Position numbers and translations under genes: made by a program
NCBI RefSeq assembly: GCF_028641065.1
Contig: NC_073386.1
Coordinates: 27,528,001-27,592,000 of the forward strand
Source: Leucoraja erinacea
Lineage: Eukaryota
DNA: 64,000 bases
Direction: 5' to 3'
Notes under the pieces: generated by a model
What the model was told of the DNA's origin: nothing
The model's input: the letters and a program-made list of their open reading frames with translations, nothing else
Database searches by the model: none
Shown: positions 38,501 through 50,500 of the stretch, in pieces
Position numbering within the stretch: the stretch's first letter is position 1
Layout of the letters: the number at the start of each line of letters is the position of its first letter

Positions 38501-41500
38501 GACATTTTCGCCTCCTCCAACAGGATCCCACCACTGGCCACATCTTCCCATCTCCTCCCCTTTCGGCTTTCCGCAGAGACCGCTCCCTCCGTAACTCCCT
38601 GGTCAATTTGTCCCTTCCCACCCAAACTACCCGCTCCCCTGGTACTTTCTCTTGCAACCACAGGAAATGCTACACTTGTCGCTTTACCTCCCCCCTTGAC
38701 TCCATCCAAGGACCTTTCCAGGTGCGGCAGTGGTTCGCCTGCATCTCCTCCAACCTCATCTATTGCATCCGCTGCTCTAGGTGTCAGCTGCTCTACATCG
38801 GTGAGCCCAAGCGTAGGCTTGGCGATCACTTCGTCCAACACCTCCGCTCTGTTCGCTATAACCAACCGGATCTCCCGGTGGCTCAGCACTTCAACTCCCC
38901 CTCCCATTTTGAAATCGACCTTTCTGTCCTGGGCCTCCTCCATGGCCAGAGTGAGTCCCATCGTAAATTGGTGGAGCAGCACCTCATATTTCGCTTGGGT
39001 AATTTACACTCCAGCGGTATGAACATTGACCTCCAATTTCAGGTAGTCCTTGCTTTTTCCCTTTCTCCTCCCTAGCTCTCCCACAGCCCATTGTCTCTGC
39101 CTCTTCCTTTCTTCTTCCTGCCCCCCCCCCTTCCACATCAATCTGAAGAAGGATCTGGACCCGAAATGCCACCCATTCCTTCGCTCCATAGATGCTGCCT
39201 CACCCGCTGAGTTTCTCCAGCATTTATGTCTAGCTATCTCATCACAATAGGATTGTAGCCTGCCTGCTACAATGTTGCTATCCCAGTACACAGAGTCCTT
39301 TAGCAAGTACAATTACATTTTTTTAGTTTATAATGAGGGAGGGTGAATAAGGGGAAATGAGCTGGCCTGCACAGTTGGGGGCTATGGCTGAATGGTGGAT
39401 TATTGCGTAGGGGGAATGAGTTGCATTGGGGGAATGGGTGAGTGGTGGAATATTGCGTTGGGGAATGGGTTGCGTTGGGGGACCAGGCCTCTCGTGGGGG
39501 CTATGGGCGAGTTGTCGAATATTGCGTTGGGCGAACGGGTTGCGTTGGGGGACCAGGCCTCCCATGTGACAGCGACCCAACGGATCCCACTTGGTCTAGT
39601 ACTTTAATAAATCTCTTCAAAATATCTACTTTTCATGACATCACTCCATAGAGTTTTTCCTTTCTTCGCTGACAATAGAATCCAAAGGGGTTTTAGTCTG
39701 ACTATTGTTGGCTCGCAGTATCATTGCTGACAACACTAAAATTGGAGGAGTTGCAGACTGCAAGGAAGGTTGTCAGAAGATAGAGCAAGATATCTGCAGA
39801 TAAATGTGAGGTGTTGCATTTTGCAAAGTCTAACATGGGCAGGACCTACACAGTGGGTTGTAGAGCAGAGGGATCTAGGAGTGCAGGTGCATAGATCCTT
39901 GAAGGGGGAGTCGCAGGTAGATCAAGTGGTCAAAAAGGCTTTTGGCACATTGGCCTGCATCAGCCAGAGTATTGAGTATAGAAGTTGAGTGATCATGTTG
40001 CAGTTGAATAAGACATTGGTGAGGCTGCATTTAGAGTATTGTGTTCAGTTTAGGGCACCAGGTTATAGGAAAGATGTTGCCTAGCTGGAAATGGTACAGA
40101 GAAGATTTACGAGACTATTGCCAGGACAAGAGGATGTGAGCTATAGGGAAAGGTTGAGTAGGCTGGGACTCTATTCCTTGGAGCACAGGAGGATGTGGGG
40201 TGATCTTATAGAGGTATATAAGATCATGAGAGGAATATATCGGGTAGTCTCTTGCCCAGAGTAGGTGAATCAAGGACCAGAGGACAGAGGTTTAAGGTGA
40301 AGAGGAAAAGGAATCTAAGGGGTACCTTTTTTACACAAAGGGTGGTGGATGTATGGAACAAGCTGCCAGAGGAGGTAGTTGAGGCAGGGACTATCCCAAC
40401 ATTTACAGTAAGAAATAGTTGGACAGGTACATGGATAGGACAGGTTTAGAGGGATATGGACCAAATGCGGGCAGGTGGGGCTAATGTAGTTGGGATATGT
40501 TGACTGGTGTGGGCAAGTTGGGCATAAGGGCCTGTATCACTCTATACAGGTGAGCTACAGAAATGGGTGGCGAAATTGCAGATGGAGTTTAACCCAAGCA
40601 AGTGTGAGGTGTTGCACTTTGGGAGGTTAAATGTAAGGAGTGAGTATACCATTAATGGCAAGACTCTTAATAGCATTGATGTGCAGAGGGTTCTTAGAGT
40701 CCAAGTTCATAGCTCACTGAAGGTGCTAGCATAAATAAATAGGTGGTAAAGAAAGTGTATGGTATGCTTGCCTTCATTGCCAGGGGAATTGAATATAAGA
40801 GTCAGTAAGTTATGATGAGACTCTGTTAAACTTTGGTTAGGCCACCTTTGAAGTATTGTGTGTAATTCTGGTCACCCCATTACGGGAAGGATATGGAGGC
40901 TACAGAGGAGATTTACCAGAAAGCTGCCTGGATTAGAGGGTTTCAACTTCAGGGAGAGGTTGGATAGACTTGGATTGTTTTCTCTGGAAATTGAGGTTAA
41001 GGGGAGAATTGATAGAAGTGCATAACATTATGAGAGGCATTGATAGGCTAGACAGTCAGAGTCTTTTTCCCCCAGAGTAGAAATATTAACACTAAAGGAC
41101 ATAATGTGAGAGGGGGAAAGTTTAATGGAGATGTGTGGGGCAAGTTTTTTTTACACACAGAGTGGCGGGGCCTGGAACACACTGCCAGGGTTGGTTGGAG
41201 GCAGATACGATGGTGGCGTTTAAGAGATTTTTAGATAGGCATATGGAAGTGCAGGGAATAGATCATGTATCGGCAGATGAGATCAGTTTGGCTTGGCATC
41301 ATGGTTGGCACAAATGCTGTGGGCAGAAGGGGCCTGTTCCTGTGCTGCACTGTTTTATGTTATTGGTGGTAGGCCGAAATGTAGACTTGAAATTACAATC
41401 AGCCATGATCTTATTGAACAGTGGAATAGGCTCAAGGGGCTGAGTGCCTCAACTTTGCGCTTCATATATTCATTGATATGTTCAACCATACAAGATTAAA

Positions 41501-44500
41501 TTAGGTCTTAATGTCACATAACAGAATTTGACCAAACATTAATACAAATTTCTTAACTCCTGATTCAGTATGAGTCTAGTGAAACTCTTAAGCAGTGTCT
41601 AGATGTAAAGAGATGTGAGTTTTGCCATATGAAATCTTCCCTCGATGTGAAAATGTGCCCTTTCTGTGGAGAAAATCCTTTTGAACTAATTCCATATAAA
41701 TTATATAAATTCCATATAAAGACTAACGTGATTTCTTGTAGATGACTGAGCCTAAATGTGCTTGGTGTCAATTCATGAGGAGCAAACATCGTCAGCACAA
41801 AGTAACAATTTCAAGGCCATGGCAAGAGAGGTAGAACAGAAGACACATTGTCGATGTTCTAACTGTTGTTTCCAATGATTTTCAAGAATACATTAGAAGT
41901 AAATTAATCCTGCATGATTAACCTTTTAAAGATATGTCCAATAAAACATCACTTGAACCATTCTCCGTGGATATATATAGAACATTACATACAGGTTGGT
42001 AAAAATAGAGCAGAAGAATTAGGATTTGATCAACTGAGTCGGTTTCACCAGTCAGTTTCCCCGCATACTTTCCGCAACATTCGAGCAGTTCAAATATTCA
42101 TTGACTCCCATCTTCAAAATATTCAATTACTTCATCTCCACCGGCCTCTGGGATATAGAATCCCAAAAAGTCAGGACTCAGAGAAGAAATCTTCTTCATG
42201 CCCACTTAAATGAGCAATCCTTTATTTTGAAACTATGCCTTCCAATTTTAGATAATCCAACTCGCAGTGGCATTTTCTCAGCATTCACACTGTCAAACCG
42301 CTGAGAATCATTCTTCTAAATTGCAATTTGAAATGCCTCAACTTTCTCAACCTCTTCATTCCAGCTATCAACCGTGCATACCCTTCTGCAAATATTTTGC
42401 TCCAAACCTGTACACAAAGCGCCAGGTGCAGTCTCAGCAGTGCTCTGTAAATTTAAATCAAAACTTCTATAGTTTTATACTCCACATCCTTTACACAAAA
42501 ACATTAGCTGTCTGTTTTACTTGCTTTATCTGTATGCTAGCCTTTTGCATTTCATGTGCGAGGAATCCCAGGTCTCTACATACCAATGTTTTGTTTCTTC
42601 GTTATTCCTGCCAAAGCAGATAACCTCACATTTTGCATGCCTTCTTCATCTACCAACTTCCAGACCACTCGCTTAACCTACCTGTATCACTTTCCAGACT
42701 CCTCATATGCACCCAACTTGCTCTGTTTACCCAGCTATCTTTGTATTGTCAACAAGTCCGGTGACTGTAGACTTGGTCATTGTACAAGTCGTTCATATAG
42801 AGAGCACATAAGACTCAAACACCCATCCATGTCATCATACTAACAACTAAATGTCAGTCATAAAATGACCCATTTATCCAACTCTTTGTTTACTGTAACA
42901 CATACATAGCAATATATTACCAACAGCCCCATACATTTTTAGATCGGTTACGTGCTCTCTTGGCTATTAATAATTCCACTCAAAATTAGAAGCAATCCTC
43001 TCACTAAAAGTGATTGGCAGATGAGATGCGTAACGATGTGACAGTAATACTGCATTGCTCATATTTTCAAAAGGTACGTTGTGTAGTTACCAGCTATTGT
43101 GTAAATAGCAGTCACTGCCAGGAGAGTTACTGTAGAAATGTAGAGATTCCAACCCAGTGAGACCTGGATAAACAGTGCTCCGGAGAAAATGTCAGTCTGA
43201 AAGAAGGAATATAAATAACACATAAACAATAATTTATAACCTACATTACTAATCTACTTAATGGAGATAGATACACCACAAAAACATGAAAGGGATCAAG
43301 GAAACCATATACAAAGAAATGGTGAAAATACTACAGGACACAAAGTGCTGGAGTAACTCATCATGCCAGCCAGCATCTCTGGATAACATGGATGATGGAA
43401 GGAAGTGTAGTCCAGATAGCTGTGGGAGTCCGTAGATTAAATATAGATATTAGTCAATAGCATATCCCATGTGATGGAGACAGAGAGATAAAGAAAGGGG
43501 AGAGAGATTTCAGAGATGATCCAGATGAATTTGAGCGCAGGGTGGAAGTTAGTGGTGAAGTTAATGAAAGCCCCAAGTTTTGCACAGGTGCAAGACACAG
43601 TCCTAATGCAGTCGTCAATGTAGCAGAGAAAGAGTTGGGAGGTAGGGCCAGGGCATAACTGGGGCCTATGTGAATGCCCATGGCTACTCCTTTAACTTAG
43701 AGAAAATGAGAGGAGTAAAAAGACAAGTTGTTCAAGTTGTTTGTGGATTTTGAGGCAGAGATACAAGTAAGCGGTGAGGGGCTGGGAAACGATAAGGTTG
43801 TGGAGGGGGGAATTGCCAGAGGCGATGAGATCAGAAATAGTTTGCGAGATGATGGCCTGGTGTTCAACAGTGGGGTCAGGGTCAAGGTCAGGTATAAGGA
43901 GGTGCCTGAGAGCTAGTGCCTGGCCTCAATACAGGTCAGCCTGCCAGACTACAATGGCACCTCCCTTGATGGTGGGTTTAATAACAACATAGGGATTTTT
44001 GCGAAGTGAGCGGAAGGCTGTGCTTTCAGAGGGGGCGAGATTGGAGTATCGGAGGGAAATAGAGAAGTCAAGGCGATTGATTTTTACTATTGCTTTACAA
44101 TGTGTAATTTGTACAAGGTGGTTTATTTTACCAGGGCGAGATTTGTGTCACCACTCAATTCTTTGATATCAATTTAAGTATCAATGATTGGCATTCTATG
44201 ACATAAAAAGCTTATAGGTAAATAAGTTATAAAAGTGCTGAATTACATATGTAATGCCACCCTGTCTCCTGGAAAACAGGAAAATTATTGTAGTTGTCTG
44301 CCATTTTGAGGACAATATAAGATTCAGGAACACTTGGCAGTTTTACTCCCTATAGAGCAAGATTATGAGAATGATTTGTAGAAATGTGTTCCTTTTTTAA
44401 AATCATTGTTGGCTGCATCCAAAACTTAGCCTAGGATACCTTGGTAAGGGGTGCGAATTGTACTCTTGTTTTCTGGAGAAGAAGTCAGAAATTGTCAAAA

Positions 44501-47500
44501 TGGAAGTTTGAGGCTAACTTAATCACCCATATCTCACAATGGATAAAGATACCACAAAAAAATACAGTGTATAGAAATGATTTATATACATGTAAATTAA
44601 GTATTTAGTCTGTAACAGCTTGTATTTACTGCTGAGCTAGTTATTTGCTCTCTGTACTATAAAGTCCATTTACATGATTCATAGATTGACCATTTCTTCC
44701 CATGAATGTGAACCATGATCTTATTCAACTGATATACAAAGGTATTTTACTCTGCTTCAGGTTTTCAAAACAATAATCACACATCAAACAACATGTTGAA
44801 GGGTGAGCTGACCCTCATAGATGGTGAAAATGAAAAAATGTATATATTAAATGAAGAAAAACTTTTTCCAAAGTAATGCACACTTCAACATCTCTTAACG
44901 ATGTCCACTAAATTCATATTTTGATTGTTTGTACAATTGTTTAAGGCACGGATAGCAATGGGCCAAAAGCTTTCTAACACCTACTTACCGATATTTTAGT
45001 AAATATATACAAGATCAAAGATAGTACGGACATATAGATTTGGATTCTTTGTCCTCCAAACCTTTTCTGTAAATACTCAGGCATAGTGACCACACCAGCA
45101 GCAATGTACACTGGTACAAATATCCAACCAAGGGCGACAAGAAGCCATGTAGCCTAAAAGAAGAAAAACATATGTAATTAGAGGTCGTCGCATTACACCT
45201 CACATTCAGAAAAACTGATTTGAAAAGTTAGACTAATTCCTGGCAAGCGATTATTAAAAAATGTTATGTAAAACAATAGAATCTTGAGCTCATTTTGTTT
45301 TTGGATATCTTCAAAAGAATCGTCATGCTTAATTGCCTGTTCTTGCTTTTCCACTATAACCCTACTAGTTTCTCATCCTTAATTACTCCTCTTTAAAATT
45401 ATTTAGATCGAACTTTCATCAACTTTTTGTTGCGGACTATCCTTGCTCCTGACTGCCGACTGCGAACCGGGGTCGGGCGGTCAAGGGTGACAATGCACAA
45501 ATAGGACTACATCGAGGGTACAACAACCTGTGACTGTGGCACACAAACTCAGACATTGCAACACCTACTGCAATGCCCATTGCTGGATAATCCATGTACT
45601 ACTGCAGACCTTGCACTTAACACTCCAATAGCGCAATGATGTGTACAGCAATAGCAAGCCACTATATAGCATAAGGACACGAACGAAGGCCATCCCCGAA
45701 TAAAAAACATCTCATCTCTAGATTTTAATTCTGACTTCTGGTCATTGATCCAATCACTCAGAGGAATTCTCCCCATTGTTTCTAATGAAATAGTTTGTCA
45801 TCTTAAAAATCTTAATGAGGTCACTTCTTAACTTACTCTTCTTTCCAAAGGAGATTGACATGACTACTTCAATATATCCTTAACATAGAAGTCTCAATCC
45901 TGGTAATGCTCTGGTGAACTTTCTTTACATTTTTTGTTCTATTGAGGCACTAAGCCCAAGAACAGTGTGTCTCCCTTTACTCGGCAATCATCCTTCCTGT
46001 TGCTTCTGTAATTGGATTGAGCTTGGATAATTAAATGTAAAATGAACATGTCTAAATATTCCCTTCACTGAAAATGAATATCATAGATAGAAGGGAACGA
46101 TGGGTGAAATCAGGCATGAATGCCCTCCCTCATTTTCTCTTCACTTCTACAAACCCTTAAAACCTGCTTTTGTACCTCTGGCCCTTGCAAATGGAACAGT
46201 GGAGCATGGTTGCCATTGCAAGATCATAGTGCTCAATGCATGTTCCTCATTAATTCCCACTTCCAAACTTAACACACAAATAAAGGCATTTTTAAAAATA
46301 ATAAATAAATGAAAACTGGCTCTTCACATCCAATCAATAAAACGTCTTCATGATTTTAACATATTTGGAAATGTTTCTTTAGTACTGTTTTCGCAGGCAG
46401 AATAATCCAAAACAGAATTCTAAGTTGTCAGCAATTAGCAAGACATAGATTTCAACTTTATAAGCGGCACCTATCATATTTGTACCGCTGCCTTTCTTAT
46501 ATACCGCTGCAATTTTATAAGATAGGATTCCACTGTTTTATACAAGGATTTTTACAACCTCTGCAAGAAAATCAAGGTAAAGATTCAAATTCCAATTTGA
46601 TTTGTTTGTACATTCTTCATTGCAAGTAACACAGTACTAAGGAAAAATAGTGTCATTTCTAAGGTAGGTACTAATGCAATTTAACATCATATCATGACAA
46701 GGGCATAAAGTAACAAAAATATTACTGTGTGATTAATTATACAGTATTTAGTTCTGTGGCTGCGAATCAGAAATTGACTGCAGTTTGCAGAAATTTCAGC
46801 TTTGGTGAGCAGATTTTGAACAACGATCAATAGTACAGTGGATGACCGAATGACTGAAAAACATAACGTGCTGATTTTGAGTTGATGAGTTTCCAAATTA
46901 CAATATCAAGCAAACCTACATTCCATTCAAAACCACCAACAGCAATGCCTCCCGCTGCTCCAGTGCCAGCCAGGCCGATAAATAGGCCACTCCCTACATT
47001 ACTGGACATTAGAGAAGCCCCGATCTGTTAACATAGCAACAACAGAAAAACAAAGTAAAGAGTTTGTACTGGTCCCAAGGTTAAACAATGTCTTTTTAGA
47101 TGCATATTCCTCGAGCTTGCATCATTCTTATATAATTATTCTATTGTACAATTATAGCCTTAAGCATTTATACAAATAAAAGGAATATTTTAAACAATTA
47201 CTGACATTACATTTCTTCAATATTAAAACAAGAGTCCATGTATTAGCTATTTTCTGTCATCACCACAGATTTTTGCAATATCATGAAGACTGGTCCAGTG
47301 CCAATGTCAGCATTTCTGGCCTTTATGATCATTTAATCTTGAAAATGAAAAGGGCCAAATCAACAAACGATTTGCCTAATTGATAAAGCAATATCAAACT
47401 AGTCTAGTCAAGTATTGTATCCTCTGCAAAAAAAAAAATTATAATTAGGCTTTGCAATGATCTGATACCCCTGTAGCTATATTTCTACCAATTTTCTTTT

Positions 47501-50500
47501 ATTACTCACCTTTCGTGTCTTTATTCTGGAATATGGCATAAATGGTCAGGACATCATTGCAATGTCATGTGGGTGAAAACTGAATATACCCAGATGCAGT
47601 GGCCCACAATAACTGGAATTAATGTCACAGAAAAGCTTTGAGGTTCTGCAGTCAGATTTTCAGGAATTAGAAACTACGTTTTAAGGTAGTTATCTCAAGA
47701 TTATTCCCTGTGCTGTATATAGGCTGAAGATAAATTAATTTGTTGCTGAAAGAAACGTGCCATAGGTGTGTTTCAGATAGCTGGGACAATATGACCATAT
47801 CTGAGGGAATTATCAAGACAGATGGAATCCATAGCTGCACCATGCGAGGTATTATCTGCAAAAGGGTTTTAACTAATCTGCCAAGAGGATGGATATCCAA
47901 ATGAAATATAAGAAGTGTAGAAGTCTCAGAAAATTTAACATCAGGAACGATTAATTCAGAAATATGAAAAACCAGACCAAAAGTCTAAAATTGGTTTGGA
48001 TTGCATTGCATGATATTTCCGATCAACAAGTTGCTCAGATACAAGTATAATAATATAGCGGAAACCCACTGCCTAAAACTCAGTTTCCTATCTATTATGC
48101 AAGACACTCTTATAAATTTTTCTCTTTGTCCAAGCATTTTGTTCTATCTTAAATTGGCATAGTAAAGTAATAATCCAATAGTCTGGAATCCACGGCATTA
48201 AGTTCAAATTCCCAGAGCAGGTATGGAACATAAACCCAAATGGATGCAAATGATCTAGAAATGGTGATCACGAAACAGATGGTTGTCCTCGCTTTCCCTA
48301 ATATACTTCATTAATGCCACTCAAAAATTGTGGCCAACATGTAACTACAGATCCATTCCATGTTGTTGATTCTGAAATGGCCTTCAAGTTACTAAGTGCA
48401 TGGGCAATTATGGATGAGCAATAAACAAAGGCCTTACGAGTGATGCTAAATCCAAAAAACACAATAAAAAATGTGGCTTCTTATTTGGTTTAATAATATT
48501 CATATGACATTGAGATGATTCACTTCATTAAAGATTCAACATAAACCTACCGAAATCATGTTTGTGAAGGAGAAAAAGATGCCATTAAGAAATAGGTATC
48601 AAAAGGTGTTCAAAATGAAACCAAATAGGCTTAAGCAGGATTCATTGTGCAATAGAGAACAAAGCTGAATATAGAAAAGTACAGAGAGGATGGAGCAAAG
48701 TGGAGCAAAAAGTTAGCATAAAACTGGATAACACAATATATTATCCTGCATTGAACAGTAATCAAGGAGTGATTAGGGGTAACATTTATATTGTTGAGGC
48801 AGAGTATTTATGTTGCACAAGGACTTGGCAACTGTCTTCACTAAAAAAGATGATGCTACCAAATGCAGAAGCAAGAGGTAATGGTAATATTGGATTGCTT
48901 AAAAACAAAGGAGCCATTCAAAATAATGCAATGGGCAAAAATTGAAAGGATACTTGGTTGGAATGGGATGTGTAGATTGGTTTATGCATGACGACCAATC
49001 ATATATAGGTTAGCATCACTAGCCCCACCTGACTGTATCATTTATATTAACACCCACTTCCTACACTACGCAGTTCAGGATGCAGTGACAACTAATAATC
49101 TACTGTACTGCTAAAGTCTGTATATGGATTAAAGATGATCGTAGATTACATATCATGTGTATCTCCTATTTACATGGTGTCAGAAGTAGGATGTATAACC
49201 TCTTGCCCCACCTGCAACAGTCGTGCACCGCACCAGCAGAGGCAGCCCCTACTACAACAACCTCCACCAGCCCTGGCCTGGACGTCGGTGGCGGCAGACA
49301 TTTTCGAATGGCGCAGTAAGCACTACCTTGTCGTCGCCGACTCATATTCAAACTGGTTTGAACTCGACCTCCTGACCTCCCCTCACATCCGAGTCGGTCA
49401 TCCGAAATCTAAAGAAACACTTCTCCACATTTGGCTCACCCGTCCATTTGCAGACCGACAACGGAAGACAGTTTACCAGCCATGATTTCAAGCCTTTTGC
49501 CAACCGATGGAATTTCCACCACGTCACGAGCAGCCGAGTACCCACAGAGTAACGGACTCGCTGAACGAGCTGTCAGAAGCGCTAAACAACTTATGGAATG
49601 AGCGGGCCTTGCCAATTCAGATGTGTATCTTGATCTCTTGAAGCTCAGAAACATTGCCAGAGACGGGACCCTGGGTTCACCAGCCCAGCGACTGATGTCT
49701 AGAACAACAAGACATCCAATTCCGATTGCTCAGCAGAAGCTGATACCGCAGGTGCTGAAGCCTGCTTCAATCCAAAAGTGTATTCAGGAGAAACACGATA
49801 TTCAGAAACGATCGCATGACAAATCAAGCAAACCACTTGAGCCTCTACTGCCGGGCCAGGTTGTTCGGTTACAAACTTCTATGGGATATTCCCGTCTGGG
49901 TACTGTTGTTGGCCCAGCTGTCGAACCACGGTCTTACCTTGTGGACTATGAGGGAGCAGTCTACTGCAGAAGTCGTCAACATTTGCTTGTTTTGCAGGAA
50001 CCCCTTCCGCCACCAGCCGGACCCTATGATCCACCGCTTCAGTTCCAGCCGTTTGCTGCCGAACCGTCTACCGATCCCCGCATGTCCCATACTCCTCGCA
50101 TGTCCCATACTCCTCCACGAGCAGCAGCCGTGACTAACCACGCAATTGCCCCTCCTGCATACTCCCCCTTTCGGCCACCACAAGTCTCTCCCGCGGCTTT
50201 CTCGCTTCCGGGTTCACCCCCTCCCTCTAATCTTTCCGGTGAAGGAGAGGTCTTGGTCCGTACGCGTTCGGGCCGCATTAGTAGACCGCCTGATAGATAT
50301 GGCGAATTTGTTTAACTTTAATGACATGGGTGCTCACTATACTCACTTTAGGGGGAAGGATGTAGATTGGTTTATGCATGACAACCAATCATATATAGGT
50401 TAGCATCACTAACCCCACCTTACTGTATCATTTATATTAACGCCCACTTCCTACACTACGCAGTTCGGGTAGCAGTCAGGATGTAGTGACAACTAATAAT

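Larger units (their letters stand above)
34931..39599. mobile_element. Nested/tandem Helitron-like cluster: + copies 34931-~35500, 36778-37751, 37752-39599; - oriented 5' ends at ~36051 and ~36605
   Basis: Repeated TCTAT..TACTAAAACTCTC 5' ends and hairpin + CTAG|T 3' ends; ~200-bp direct repeats at ~35850-36050 and ~36370-36605. Confidence 0.6.
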
